Notes: generated by a model from the letters alone, not told the origin. A stretch of 64,000 bases of DNA from Bryobacterales bacterium (GCA_963422375.2 OY729428.2:2784001-2848000), one strand, 5' to 3'; positions 40,281 through 52,008 are shown, counted from the stretch's first letter. Program-made: numbers and translations.

Positions 40281-41277
40281 GTCGCCCCGCATCCTGATCG
40301 TGCGCCTCGGCGCCATGGGCGACGTCATCCATACGCTCCCCGCGGCCGCCGACCTGCGTGCAGCCCTACCCGCGGCCCGCATCGCCTGGGCGGTCGAGAC
40401 GCGCTGGAGCTCGCTGCTGCAGGCGAATCCCCATATCGACCGGACGATCCCAGTACCCCTTCGGCGCTGGCGCAAGGCCAGTCTCCGGCGCTCGACCTGG
40501 ACCGAGGCCGGGGAATTCCTGAACGGACTCCGCACGAATTCCTTCGATCTCGCGATCGACTTCCAAGGACTCCTCAAGTCGGCGGCTCTGGCAACTCTGA
40601 GCGGTGCCCGGAGAATCGTCGGATTCGAGCGGGGAATCCTACGGGAGCCCCCGGCCGAGCTCGCATACTCTCGCCGCACGGGCGCGTCGCTCGCCCACGT
40701 CGTAGACCGGTACCGCGAGCTTGCGGCCTTCGCGTCCGGACACCGCCCCGCGGGCCCGGCCGCGTTCGCCCTGCCCGTCGGCGAGCCGAGGGAGGGCCTG
40801 CCCGCGCGCTTCGTCCTCGCCAGCCCCGAAGCCGGCTGGGGCGCGAAAGAGTGGCCACCGGAGTCCTACGCGCGGCTTGCCTCGACACTCTGGAAGGAGC
40901 GCCGCATCCCGCTCGTCGCGGATTGCGCACCGGGCCGGACGCACGTCGCGGAATTGATCCGCCGCATGGCCCCCGCAGGAGCCGTGCTCCCGCACCCCTC
41001 GACGATCCCCCAGCTGATCGGAGCCACACGGGCAGCCGCCGCCGTGGTCGGCGTGGACAGCGGCCCGCTGCACCTAGCCGCGGCGCTCGGCAAGAGCGGC
41101 GTTGCAATCTTCGGGCCGACCGACCCGACCCGCAACGGCCCCTACGGGCGAGGCATCGCGGTCGTTCGCTCCGGCGGCGCCGCCACCACCTACAAGCGCC
41201 GCGACGATCCCAGCGCGTCCATGCAGGCTTGCAGCGAGGCGACGGTCTACGAGGCGCTCGCTCCCTCGCTGGGTTGA
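40249..41277 (+). CDS. GT9 lipopolysaccharide heptosyltransferase
   Basis: RILIVRLGAMGDVIH, DLAIDFQGLLKSA, KEWP, GVDSGPLHLAAA, FGPTDP; start uncertain. Confidence 0.9.
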   Translation: MFSSVTSTAGRSPRILIVRLGAMGDVIHTLPAAADLRAALPAARIAWAVETRWSSLLQANPHIDRTIPVPLRRWRKASLRRSTWTEAGEFLNGLRTNSFDLAIDFQGLLKSAALATLSGARRIVGFERGILREPPAELAYSRRTGASLAHVVDRYRELAAFASGHRPAGPAAFALPVGEPREGLPARFVLASPEAGWGAKEWPPESYARLASTLWKERRIPLVADCAPGRTHVAELIRRMAPAGAVLPHPSTIPQLIGATRAAAAVVGVDSGPLHLAAALGKSGVAIFGPTDPTRNGPYGRGIAVVRSGGAATTYKRRDDPSASMQACSEATVYEALAPSLG

Positions 41278-41291
41278 GTAGACTCGTACCC

Positions 41292-42365
41292 ATGCGACGA
41301 CGCTGCCTCGCGCTGCTGGTCCTGCCCGCCCTGCTCCTGCTGCGGCCGTCGGTCTGCGACGCAGGCGAACTGCTGAACGGCCGCGAGGTCGGCCGGTTGA
41401 TGCGAGGCATCGCGGACCTCCTGGAAGCGACCCGCATCGTCATGCCGGAACTGTCCCGAGCGGGCGCCCCGCTGCAAGAGAACTTCCGCCAAGGGATCTC
41501 CACCCTCGAGATCTCGCCGAGCCAAAACCATACGGGCATCCTGTACCGGATGCTGGTCAACGCCAAGGCCTACCTGCTGCTGTCCGACACGCTGCCCAAG
41601 CCAGCCGATTTCCCGGAGGACTTCGACAGGCAGCTCTCCGACCTGCGCAACTCGATCGAGCGTTTCGAGGGGCACTTCCGGGCGACCTTGGACCTGCGCG
41701 AGGAGCAGGCGCTCGGCGCGGACCGCGACAACTTCCGCCGCTACGCCGACGCGAACCGTCGCGTCGGGCCGGCCTCCGACGAAGGCCCGCGCGTCGTCTT
41801 CCTAGGCGACTCGATCACCGACGGGTGGAAGCTCGACCAGTACTTTACCGGAAATCCGTACTACAACCGCGGCATCAGCGGCCAGATCACGGGGCAGATG
41901 CTGGGACGGGCCAAGCCGGACGTGGTGGACCTGAAAGCCTCGGCGATGGTGCTCCTTGGAGGGACGAACGATTTGGCGCGAGGCGTGTCCGATGCCGCAA
42001 TCCGGAGCAATCTCGAAGCGATCGGCCTGCTGGCCGAAGCGGCGGGCGTCTATCCGATCATGGCGTCTATCCTCCCGGTGAACGACTACCGCGAGGCGTC
42101 GAATCCGCGCTTCCGCCGGACCACGCTGCGCGACCCGACGCGCATCATCGAACTCAATCGCTGGCTCGAAGCTACCTGCGACGCCAAGGGATGGGCGTAC
42201 CTGGACTACTTCAGCGCGATGACCGACGCGGAAGGACGGCTCCGCGACGATCTGTCGGACGACGGGCTGCACCCCAACGCAGAGGGCTACAAGGTCATGG
42301 CTCCACTCGCGCAAGCGGCAATCGACCGCGCCTTGCGCTCCAAGGGCCGCCGCGGGCGGCGCTAG
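41292..42365 (+). CDS. Secreted SGNH/GDSL hydrolase with helical N-terminal domain
   Basis: Signal peptide; VFLGDSIT, NRGISG, GGTND, DGLHPN. Confidence 0.9.
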   Translation: MRRRCLALLVLPALLLLRPSVCDAGELLNGREVGRLMRGIADLLEATRIVMPELSRAGAPLQENFRQGISTLEISPSQNHTGILYRMLVNAKAYLLLSDTLPKPADFPEDFDRQLSDLRNSIERFEGHFRATLDLREEQALGADRDNFRRYADANRRVGPASDEGPRVVFLGDSITDGWKLDQYFTGNPYYNRGISGQITGQMLGRAKPDVVDLKASAMVLLGGTNDLARGVSDAAIRSNLEAIGLLAEAAGVYPIMASILPVNDYREASNPRFRRTTLRDPTRIIELNRWLEATCDAKGWAYLDYFSAMTDAEGRLRDDLSDDGLHPNAEGYKVMAPLAQAAIDRALRSKGRRGRR

Positions 42366-42510
42366 TCGGAGGGAGAATCCAGCGGCTCCGGAACTCGGCC
42401 GGTCGCGCAGGCCGCGGGCCGGACGCGGGGGCGCTTCCGGCCCGGGACGCGAATGGCTGCTAAGCTTATGGTCCGGCAGTGCCCCCGCGGCCCGGATCGC
42501 GCAGGCAGCT

Positions 42511-43029
42511 ATGTCCATCCTCGACATCTTCAGAGCCGCACAGAAGCGCAAGCCGGCCCGCATGAGCGAGTCCGAGACCTTGCGCCGGATTACGCGCGCC
42601 GTCGAGGAGCTATCCCCGGAACGAGCGCGGTTCATCGCGGCCTTCGCCTTCATCCTCGGGCGCGTGGCCGCGGCGGACATGGAGATCAGCGGCGAAGAAG
42701 TCGCGGAGATGGAGCGCATCGTCGAGCGCGTGGGCCGTCTCCCCGAAGAGCAGGCCGTGCTGGTCGTCCAGATCGCCAAGGCGCAGCATGCGCTGTTCGG
42801 AGCCACCGAGAATTTCGTGGTCACCCAGGAGTTCAACCGCATCGCAACGAGGCTGGAGAAGCAGGCCCTGCTCAACTGCCTATTTGCGGTGTGCTCCTCG
42901 GACCAGTCGATAAGCGTCCAAGAAGACAACGAGATCCGCGCGATCAGCCGGGAATTGCGCTTGGATCACGTCGATTTCATCGCCGCGCGCTCGATTTACA
43001 GAGAACACCTGAACGTACTCAAGGACTAG
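42511..43029 (+). CDS. TerB-family protein
   Basis: [38 protein letters not shown]. Confidence 0.78.
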   Translation: MSILDIFRAAQKRKPARMSESETLRRITRAVEELSPERARFIAAFAFILGRVAAADMEISGEEVAEMERIVERVGRLPEEQAVLVVQIAKAQHALFGATENFVVTQEFNRIATRLEKQALLNCLFAVCSSDQSISVQEDNEIRAISRELRLDHVDFIAARSIYREHLNVLKD

Positions 43030-43105
43030 ACCCCCGGCCGCAGGGACGCGGCCTCGGCCCGGCCTTCGCGAGAATCTGCAGAGCACCGGAGAGGCAAGGA
43101 AAGCG

Positions 43106-43582
43106 ATGGAAACAGCGACATTCGGGGCCGGTTGCTTCTGGGGAGTGGAGGCAGAATTTGCCGGCGTTCCCGGCGTCAAGTCAACCGAGGTGGGCTACGC
43201 GGGCGGCTCGCTCCCGGATCCGAGCTACCGCGACGTATGCCGGGGTGACTCGGGCCACGCGGAGGTGGTCCGAGTGACATTCGACCCGGGACGCGTCAGC
43301 TACGAGACGCTGCTCGAGACCTTCTGGACGTGCCACGACCCGACCCAAGTCAACCGCCAAGGGCCGGACGTGGGCTACCAGTACCGGTCGGTGATCTTCT
43401 GCGAGAACGCAAGGCAGGTGACCGAGGCCGCCGCGTCCAAGGCTCGCTTGGAGCGCAGCAAGACCCATTCCCTCCCAGTCGCGACCGCGATCGAACCGGC
43501 GGGCGCGTTCTACCGGGCGGAGGAGTACCATCAGCAGTACCTCGCCAAGCGCGGCTTGGCGGCCTGCCATCCCGCATACTGA
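43106..43582 (+). CDS. msrA: Peptide-methionine (S)-S-oxide reductase
   Basis: [41 protein letters not shown]. Confidence 0.96.
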   Translation: METATFGAGCFWGVEAEFAGVPGVKSTEVGYAGGSLPDPSYRDVCRGDSGHAEVVRVTFDPGRVSYETLLETFWTCHDPTQVNRQGPDVGYQYRSVIFCENARQVTEAAASKARLERSKTHSLPVATAIEPAGAFYRAEEYHQQYLAKRGLAACHPAY

Positions 43583-43772
43583 GTGCGAGCGGTCGGCGCA
43601 GCTGGCCGCCCGGACCGGCCTGACCGTCGCTGCGGGCCGAAGCGCCAGTGCCGATCAGGCGTGTCCGCTCGCCACCTCGCGAGCGCGGTGCATTGGGCAG
43701 CGGCTCCGCGGCGAGCGCCCGCGTCCGCCCGGCACGGCGCTCTCGAATGCCCCTGCGGTGAGGAATCCAGCC

Positions 43773-44831
43773 ATGTCACTCATGCTCAGCGAAATCAGCC
43801 AGCAGCCCGCAGTGCTGGACGGAATCCTCTCGCGTCCGTCCGAGGCGCTTGCGCGCCTGCGCGGGCACTTCGCGAGGAGGCCGCCGACGATGATCGCGAT
43901 CGTCGCACGGGGCACATCGGACAACGCCGCGCTCTTCGCGCGCTACCTGTTCGAGATCACGCTCGGCATCCCGACGATGCTGGCAGCGCCCTCGGTCTCG
44001 ACCCTCTATCGGAAGCTGTCTCTGCCTCCGGGCACCCTGGCGGTGGGCATCTCCCAGTCCGGCGAGTCGACCGACATCAACGCGTACATGGAGGACGCAA
44101 AACGCATCGGCGCTCCGACGGTTGGCATCACGAATGACGGCTCCAGCACCCTCGCCACTCTCGCGGACGAAGTCCTGCTGACCGGGGCCGGCACCGAATC
44201 GAGCGTCGCGGCGACCAAGACCTACACCGCCCAGATTCTCACGCTGTACCGCCTTTCCCAGTCTCTCGGTTCCGGCATCGGGACGGACGAGCTCCGGGCG
44301 ATCCCCGACGCGGTGGAAGCGCAGCTCCGGCACGAGGCCGAAGTCCGGCAGATCGCCGACGAGTACCGGGATATGACGCACGCAGCGGTGATCGCCCGGG
44401 GGCTCAACTACGCCAACTGCTTCGAGTTCGCCCTCAAGCTGATGGAGACGAGCTACGTGGCGGCCTCGGCATTTTCCGGGGCGGACTTCGCGCACGGCCC
44501 GATCGCCATGGTGGACGAGGGGTTTCCGGTCTTCGTCTTCACGCCGCCCGGACCCACGGCCCCGGAGACGGCCCGGCTCCTGAGACGGCTGGCGGGCAGC
44601 CGGGCAGACGCGATCGCCATCGGGACGGAAGCCGCCACAAGCGACCTTCCGTTCTCGCACCGCATGCAGATCTTCCGCGCGATGCCAGAGCCGGCCGGCT
44701 TCCCGGCGGACCTGCTCACGCCGATCCCGTCGATCATCCCAGCGCAGCTGTTCGCCGCGCATCTCGCGACATGCAAGGGTCTCGACCCGGACCACCCGCG
44801 CATGCTGACGAAGGTCACGCAAACGATGTGA
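43773..44831 (+). CDS. Double-SIS domain sugar-phosphate isomerase/deaminase (GlmS C-terminal-like)
   Basis: EISQQP, ARGTSDNA, ISQSGES, VAATKTY, EFALKLMET, HGP, DPDHPR.LTKVT. Confidence 0.88.
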   Translation: MSLMLSEISQQPAVLDGILSRPSEALARLRGHFARRPPTMIAIVARGTSDNAALFARYLFEITLGIPTMLAAPSVSTLYRKLSLPPGTLAVGISQSGESTDINAYMEDAKRIGAPTVGITNDGSSTLATLADEVLLTGAGTESSVAATKTYTAQILTLYRLSQSLGSGIGTDELRAIPDAVEAQLRHEAEVRQIADEYRDMTHAAVIARGLNYANCFEFALKLMETSYVAASAFSGADFAHGPIAMVDEGFPVFVFTPPGPTAPETARLLRRLAGSRADAIAIGTEAATSDLPFSHRMQIFRAMPEPAGFPADLLTPIPSIIPAQLFAAHLATCKGLDPDHPRMLTKVTQTM

Positions 44832-44891
44832 GGCCCGGCTCGCCAGGTCGCGGCACCATGCAGGGACGCGTCCGATGCCCGTTGCGAACTG

Positions 44892-47030
44892 CTACTGTTC
44901 GCGACCGAACAAGCCTCCCAGGAAGTTCTTCAGGCGGGGCGGATCGCCGTCGACCCCCTCTTCGTCTTTGGACTTGGGCCGCTCGGGGTCCGGGCTGGAC
45001 TGCTCCGGGCCGGTCTCGCTGTCCCCGTCGCTCGCGGCAGCCTGCTTGTCTCCCGGGCTGTCCTCCTGCTCGGGAGCGGACGGCTCCCGGGTCGTCCCCA
45101 CGTACCGGATGCCCGTTTCCGCGGTGTCGCGGACACCGAGATATCCCTTGGCCCGTGCGTGGTCCAGCAGATCCCTGAGGCTGCGAACTCCGTACTGGCT
45201 GACCTCGAAGTCCGAGTCGGCCTCTCGAATGGCGGCCCTCAACTCGCTTCTCGACAGGCCCGGGCCGGCGAAGCGGGGGTTCCCTCGGAGCGCGCGCAGG
45301 AGCACTTCCAGCGCGGCGTCAATCCCTTGCGGCCCGGCCGACGCCGCGGGTCCGCGCGGCTTGCGTTCCGGCGCTTGCGACACCGGAGCGGGCCGACGCG
45401 GAGGTGATTCTGCATCCTCGCCGCGCCCTTCGCGCGAGCTTTGGTCGGGGCGGCCCGGGGCGACCGCCGGCTCGGCGACGCGCTCGCCCGGCACCTCCTC
45501 CGCGGATTCGGGCGGGAAATAGAGCTCCCGTCCCTCCGCGTCCCGGCGCAGCTCTAAGAAACCCTCTCGAACCACTCGCGCCAGCAGGTCCTCGGCCCCG
45601 GCCACCCCTAGCGCCTCCTCGTCGAAGCCGGGGTGCGCCCGGAACATCGCCTCCATTTGCTTGGAGGGTATGCCCGCCGTCAGCAAGGAGCCGCTCTCTC
45701 GCAGGATCTCGCCCACGACGTGCCGAGCGGCGGGGCTGAGGCGGCTAGCGGCAGCTTCCGGATCGTCGTCAGCTTCGTGCAGCTCCACGACGAAGGTGCC
45801 TCCGACAGCCTCCAGATGCAGTTCCCCGTCCTGTGCCAACCGGCCCGCGAACTTGCGGAATTCGTGGGCCGCGCAGCCATACGACCGGAAGCGGGGGTCG
45901 AGGTCTAGAACCGTCCGGTACAGGAGATCGAGTTCGGCGTTCTTCCCGTCCAAGGCGATCTGGCGCACCGCCTGCCGGATTACAGAGAGCGCCTTCTTCG
46001 GGTCAGGCTGCGCGACGGGCCGCGAGGGCGCGGTGGGCCGTTCCTGGCGCATCGGAGGTGCGCCGGCCTCGTCAGGCGGCCCGCCGCGCGAGTAGCTCCG
46101 CTCGCCCCGGTCCCTGCCGCGAGAGTAGCCGCTGCCCTCGTCCCGGACACCGCCCCGGTGAGGGGGCCAGCGCTGGCCGTACCGGTGCGAGTCGCGCGGT
46201 CCCGGCGGGGAATCCGCCCGGCCCTCGGGCTCGGCAATGCAGAACCGCCCTTCGCCGATCATCTTCCTGCGGAGGTGACCGGCATCGACCAGCCGGATGA
46301 TCAGGTCCTTGAACGAACCGCATTCGAAACGGCGCGCATCGAAACCGGGATTGATCTCGAGCAGTACTTCCTCGAGCTGACGGATGTAGGGGATCTCGCC
46401 GACCCGCTCCATCTCCCTGATCGCCTGCCGCATGGCGGGCAGCGCCTTTTCCAAGGGGTCGGAGTGCCGGTCGTACCGTCGGAACCCTTCCGCTTGCGTC
46501 ACGGGCTGGCGCGCCGCCGGCCGGGGATGCCGGTCCGCGGGATAGCCGGCCAGGTCCTCGTAGCTCACGAACTGGTGGCAGTTGCGGCGCAAGTTCTCGC
46601 TGGTGAACGGGATGCCCGCCACAACGTAGACGCGCTTGTTGTACCGCTTGAGCTTCTGCACGAGCGGCAGGAAATCGCTATCGCCGCTCAGGATGCAAAA
46701 CGCATCGATGTGCTCTTGGGTGAACACGAGTTCCAAGGCGTCGATGGACAGGGCGATATCGGCGCCGTTCTTGCTGCCGTCGTACGACGTCTCGAGATGC
46801 TCCATCTTGACGCCGAGCTGCGCCATCCCCCGCGAGACGGTCTTGAAGTCCGGGTGAATGTTCCAGTTGCCGTAGGCGATCTGCGACTGGATCTCGCCTC
46901 GCTCCTCAAGCCAGCTCTTTACGAGCTTGTAATCGAATCCCTGCTTGAGTGTGTTCCAGACGCCCGTCGCGATGTTGTCATAGTCGATAAAGACGGCGAA
47001 GTTCAATCGATCCTGCAAGGTTCCTCTCAA
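44892..47030 (-). CDS. NYN domain protein with several OST-HTH/LOTUS-like domains
   Basis: AVFIDYDN, KNGADIALSIDA, SGDSDFLPL; repeated (P)GFD...(F/Y)G..(S)F/L..L motifs. Confidence 0.85.
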   Translation of the reverse strand: MRGTLQDRLNFAVFIDYDNIATGVWNTLKQGFDYKLVKSWLEERGEIQSQIAYGNWNIHPDFKTVSRGMAQLGVKMEHLETSYDGSKNGADIALSIDALELVFTQEHIDAFCILSGDSDFLPLVQKLKRYNKRVYVVAGIPFTSENLRRNCHQFVSYEDLAGYPADRHPRPAARQPVTQAEGFRRYDRHSDPLEKALPAMRQAIREMERVGEIPYIRQLEEVLLEINPGFDARRFECGSFKDLIIRLVDAGHLRRKMIGEGRFCIAEPEGRADSPPGPRDSHRYGQRWPPHRGGVRDEGSGYSRGRDRGERSYSRGGPPDEAGAPPMRQERPTAPSRPVAQPDPKKALSVIRQAVRQIALDGKNAELDLLYRTVLDLDPRFRSYGCAAHEFRKFAGRLAQDGELHLEAVGGTFVVELHEADDDPEAAASRLSPAARHVVGEILRESGSLLTAGIPSKQMEAMFRAHPGFDEEALGVAGAEDLLARVVREGFLELRRDAEGRELYFPPESAEEVPGERVAEPAVAPGRPDQSSREGRGEDAESPPRRPAPVSQAPERKPRGPAASAGPQGIDAALEVLLRALRGNPRFAGPGLSRSELRAAIREADSDFEVSQYGVRSLRDLLDHARAKGYLGVRDTAETGIRYVGTTREPSAPEQEDSPGDKQAAASDGDSETGPEQSSPDPERPKSKDEEGVDGDPPRLKNFLGGLFGREQ

Positions 47031-47352
47031 ATGCGCGCGAGTGCCGCGCGCTCGCCAACTCCTAGGAATCCAAGGCCCCGAGGCGGAGACCGCAAGGATT
47101 CCCTAAAGCGCTTGGCCGACCGGGCAGTCGGGAACCGTCCGTTTCCGCCGTACCGGCCTTGTCCCCGCTGGACGGGCGAGACGCGGCTCGCCTGCCCGGT
47201 CTCACAACAGGGGCGGCCCCTGCAATGGCCTCCGAACACAAACTCAACAGCTGCGAGAAACGGCTCGGGTAATGCACTACGCAAGAGACCGGGACGAAGG
47301 CGGTCGAACGATCTGGCCGTCACCACGGATAGCACTCGGTCGGGCACTGCCC

Positions 47353-47607
47353 CTACTCGTCCAAGCTAATGCTCAATGCCTTCAGAAACTGCTGGTCGGT
47401 TTCCGTCAAGTGCTCTTCAAGGTTCTTATGCGCGATTGCCTGACCGGGCCGGCGGGCGAAGCCGATCGTTGCCTCGAGAAACAGCAGCACGTCATAGCCT
47501 TCCTTCTTGATTTCGCCAATTACGTTCGCGATCTGCTTGGAGCCAGACAGCGACTCGTCAATCGCGCCGCCGAGCTGCTTGATGAGTTCCTTGAGACGCT
47601 GGTCCAC
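47353..47607 (-). CDS. Small conserved hypothetical protein
   Basis: VDQRLKELIKQLG.AI.ESLS.S..I...I.EIK.EGYD..L.LEATIGF...LT..D.QFLKAL.I resembles a small acidobacterial family (recollection, not searched). Confidence 0.6.
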   Translation of the reverse strand: MDQRLKELIKQLGGAIDESLSGSKQIANVIGEIKKEGYDVLLFLEATIGFARRPGQAIAHKNLEEHLTETDQQFLKALSISLDE

Positions 47608-49310
47608 GCGAGTCCACCACGCGCCCAGCGGGCCCCGCTCTGGAAGCGGCCCCGGGCCAAGCGCCCGTCTGCAGGTCATTGAATCAGATGCGAGGCCGTA
47701 TTGCAACTGCTCCGGGGCGGATTCCGGAGAAATGCCGTTGCGGGCTGTTGGGAAGGCTTGCCGGTGCGGGCGCGAAGAACCGACCGTGGCAGGGGCTCGC
47801 GCCCCTTCCTGCGGCTCCCGTCCGGCCATCGCGCCGAGACCGGTTCCCCGGACCCGCACGCCGTCCCGCCGCAGCGCCCATCGCCAGCCCGGCAGGCAGG
47901 ACGGCGCGCCCGCGAGCATCGCGCCGAAGACCGGGCTCGCTCCCTACTAGAATACCCGCTGGATGGCCCGTCGCAGCGACCCAGCAGCTCAGAGGGCCTC
48001 CGGGCCAGGGAATCTCCGCCTTTGCGTCGCGATCGCCATGCTCGCTTGGGCGGCCGCGGGTCTGGCGAGCGGCACGGCGTCCTATCTGGGGCAGGTCTCC
48101 GGCGTCTCAGGGGTAGACGCCTTCGACGACGTCGTTGCCGTGCTCTCCGGTCGAGGCGTGCTCGAAACCGCCGCTCCGGACCCTCAGGGGCGATTCGCGT
48201 TCTACGGCCTGCCCGCCGGCTCCTACGCGGTCCAAGTCCGCAAGCCCGGATACGAGTCGTCTCCGAGCCGGGCCTTCCGCGTCGGCGCGGGCGGGCAGAT
48301 GTCAGGCGAAGGCACCGACAACGAATTCGCGCTCAGACAGCTGGCTCCCGACACCTTCGTCTTCCACTGGGAGGAAGACCAGAGCACGGCCGGCTACGAT
48401 TACGCGTCTCGCGTCAACAAGCCCCCGGAGATCCAGTTCCTCGACGAAGGCGCCGCCACTGCGGACGGAGCCTCGGCCGACCAGCTTCTGCACGACTACA
48501 ACGTGTCGCTCATCGACGGCGCGGGCGGCTCGTGGACCCACGAGCACGCCTACCGGCTCCTGCAGACGATGGAATCCATCCCGCAACGGAAGAGGGATCC
48601 CTACCGCGTCCAGTCGCTGCCGCCGAGTCAGTGGTTCATCGCTTCGGGCCATCTCGCGAGCGACATACGAATCGACAGGAACGCTGGAGACGGAGCAGCG
48701 GTTGTCCGAATCTCCGCTGACACATTCATTCGTGCAAGCCCGAGGATTGCACTCGTCGACGGCAAGAAGGGCAAGTACTACTCGCAAAGACTGCATCATG
48801 CAGTCGTTCGGTTCGTCACGGACAATGGCCGCAATCGAGATGCGTTCGAGAGAATACTCAACGAACGCTTCGGCGTGACGACTCGGATCAACCGCCACTT
48901 GACATACGAGGAACTGACTGCCGGAACCACAGGCGAACCGGCGTCTAGATTCCAAGAATTTCATCCAGAGGAGATCGTCCGGATCATCAATACATTCGAA
49001 GAGATGCCATCAGGAATGCATGCCATTCCGGGACTCAAGTATCTCGTGCGGCGCTTGGACGGAAGTCCGAACCCTACGACCTCCGCTCCGGCAGTGGCGT
49101 ATACGTCCGCAGGCTACATTGAATTCATGGAAGAGGCATTCAAGAACACATCCGTTCAGTACATCCATCGCCTGATCATCCACGAGAAATCGCATTTCCT
49201 ATGGGAATACCTGCTTGATGACGGCCTCAAGCGGAACTGGACCACCCTCGGGGGTTGGCACCTAGACGCAAGCGATCCGGACGGTTGGTCCACAACCAAG
49301 CAAACGGAAT

Positions 49311-50339
49311 GGCTCAATTCGCAAACCGTAGGCGCGGTCTGGCCATCGCCGCCTTGAGACACGCTCTGGGCGATGGCTGATCGCCGAGTTCGGTGAGATG
49401 GAACCACCTGAGATAGCTGTCCAAGTACTTGGTGGCGATGCCGCGCCGCCTGCGCAGAAAGCCCTTGATCTGGCTGTGGCGGCTATTGACCGTCTGGATG
49501 TGCACAGCACCCCGGACCCGCTCGCCAGCGGAAGCGTTGATGCTCTCGTGAGGGATGTCGAGTGCCTCCGCGACGGGCGGATAGCAGCGGTTGGCGTCGG
49601 AGACGAGCAAGGCATCGCGGGCGACGACCGGCTCCAGCACTTCCTTCACGCTCTTTGCGTTGAGGGCGGGCAGGGTATGGCTGAGGGTCTCGCCCGCACG
49701 GTCGGCGGCGACCAGGATCGGCACCTGCTCGCGCGAGAGGCCGCGTTTGCGGGCCTTGCCGCCGCGCCGGCGCGGCTTGCGGTCCAGCTTCCGCTCCCCC
49801 TTGCGGCTCTCCAGAACGAAGGTCTCGTCAGCCTCGACGATCCCGGCAAGCCGATCCGGCGCCTGGCGCACCGCCGCCGGAAAGCGGTGTCGCCAGCGAT
49901 GCGCCGTGCTCGGCGCAATCCCGCAGCGCTCGGCGGACTCCTTGACCGTCTCACCCTCGGCAAGCGAGGCGCCAAAGGCAAGCCAGCGCTCCTTATGGTG
50001 CAGACCCGACAGCGCTGTGCCGGTCAACGCACCGAACGTCTTCCCGCAGTCCTTGCACCGGAAACGGCGGAGACCGCGCGCCTTGCCCCGCGACACCGCC
50101 CCGCCGGCGCCGCAATGCGGACAGCGCCGCTCGTCATCCACGCCCAGATCGATCGCCGCCAGCGAGGCCGCGCCCTCCGAAGGCTCCGACAGCACCGCCG
50201 CCACCTCCCTGCGCTGCGCCGCCGTCAACTCATCGACACGCGAGAACCAATCCCGAAACCGCTCGTGATCCATCTGTCTGACCTCCAGGGCAAATCGGGC
50301 GACATTCTATCACGATGCCTACGATTCACGAATTGAGCC
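49311..50339 (-). mobile_element. IS1595-family insertion sequence (apparently intact)
   Basis: 23-bp TIR GGCTCAATTCG...CGTAGGC (20/23); 8-bp TSD AACGGAAT at 49303-49310 and 50340-50347. Confidence 0.95.
49314..50273 (-). CDS. IS1595-family transposase
   Basis: Zn ribbon CPHC..CKDC, HTH, VEADET, LVSD, HIQTVNSRH, GIATKYL.SYL.W. Confidence 0.93.
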   Translation of the reverse strand: MDHERFRDWFSRVDELTAAQRREVAAVLSEPSEGAASLAAIDLGVDDERRCPHCGAGGAVSRGKARGLRRFRCKDCGKTFGALTGTALSGLHHKERWLAFGASLAEGETVKESAERCGIAPSTAHRWRHRFPAAVRQAPDRLAGIVEADETFVLESRKGERKLDRKPRRRGGKARKRGLSREQVPILVAADRAGETLSHTLPALNAKSVKEVLEPVVARDALLVSDANRCYPPVAEALDIPHESINASAGERVRGAVHIQTVNSRHSQIKGFLRRRRGIATKYLDSYLRWFHLTELGDQPSPRACLKAAMARPRLRFAN

Positions 50340-52008
50340 AACGGAATTCGTCAGCGCGTATGCTCATGAGAAAAACCCAAACGAGGACATGGCCGAGTCA
50401 ATCGCCTACTTCGTCGTCAACCCCGACAAGCTCCGGTCCCGTTCGCTGCCAAAGTACGAATTTATTAGGGACAGGATCATGCAAGGCAATATCTACATGT
50501 CTTTGATTCGCGAAGATCTAACATTCGAAGTATATAACCTGTACCCTGATTATGTGTTCCCAGGCAAGATTCGCAGAGTGGACATCAAAGTCATCGGAGC
50601 GCCGGAAGACGACAAGGAAGTTCTGATCGAGATCGCCTTGCATGCGTTCGACAACGTGCTGGAAGGCGCGATCAGCGCATACGCTAGAATCCATAGCGAC
50701 GCAGGGACTTACAAGGACGTGTACCTTTATCCCGTCGGCGTGCCAAGGGGCACCCCCGGGACCGTGCTTTCCGGCGGCTTCAAGCTAAGCAAGCACGCCA
50801 AGGCCGGATACTGGAGCCCGGATCAAGTCTCGCTTACCGACGAGCACCTCAACGAACGCTTCGTAGGGCGAAACGATTTCGGCTGGAGGCTCTACGTCAA
50901 CAATCCGCAGGAAGACATCACTCCTCCGCATTATGTGAGGAATTCAGCGCGCCTCGCGAAATCCGTCGCGACACGCGAAGGACAGGAAGTGCAACTCATC
51001 GAGGCTAGCTGGAGCGTGGGCGAGAATTCAGGGTTTATGCGAGAAGGTTCGGCGTGCGCAGCTGCGCTGAACGATCAGAACCTCGAAACCTACAGCGTGT
51101 TCGAGTACGGAGACTATGACCCGCGCACCGAGACCTGCCTCGTAGTTTTCGAAATGCCCGACTACATGCCGTCAGCAATGTACGCGATGAACTACATCAT
51201 GATGACCGATCGTGCGTTGAACGTATCGGGCATCTACTTCGGCGACCCGAATCACGGCCTCAGGCAAGAGGAATCCATCGTCGATGAGGTCGCACCGCGA
51301 ATCAGGCTGAGCACAAGCAACGAAGACACGCTTCCTCCGGAGATCGATCTGAATAGGATCCGAATCCAAGCCGAGCCTAGCAGGCCGAGCGATCCCAACG
51401 GAGAAACCTTGGTTACATTGGACTTCGTCGTCCGGGACGACATATCAGGCGTTCGCATTGCGAGTCTTTACTTGCGAGATCCACAGGGGAACGACCACCA
51501 CCATTACGTTTACGGAAACTTTGAGGGCCATGCTCTGTTTCCAGCTAGCGATCCAACCCAGTGGAGCCACCAGAGATGGACTACGATTCTTCCTCCCGGC
51601 TCTCCTCCGGGAACTTGGGGTCTCTTGGAGCTCAACGTACAAGATCGTGCGGGCAATGCACGCCGATACAACTTCGCTGAAACAATTCACTTCGACATCG
51701 AATAGATGGATAGAAGATGAAGGTGAATTCGATTGAATTACTCTAGAATATCCATTGTTTCGGTCGAGTCCCATGCATTGCGCTCACCCGGCAGACGGGG
51801 CGTGAAGATCCACTGCACCCCGCCCTGTCCCCATGCATGCCTTCACTCGCCCGGGCGCAGGCCCTGACCGGCGCTGGCGCCCCGCCGCCAGTGCGGACGT
51901 CCGGCCGACGGGGCGGCCGGCAAGCGCCGATGCAAGCCGCCCCTGACACGTCGGCCGGCCCGCGTCTTGCAACTCCGACCGGCAACCGGCGAAAATGGCG
52001 GTGCGGGG

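Larger units (their letters stand above)
47963..51705 (+). pseudogene. Large secreted zincin-like metallopeptidase gene interrupted by IS1595
   Basis: Signal peptide, carboxypeptidase-regulatory-like domain, HEKSH; removing the IS and one TSD copy restores one frame (..KQTEFVSAYAHEKNPNEDMAES..), 901 aa. Confidence 0.85.
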
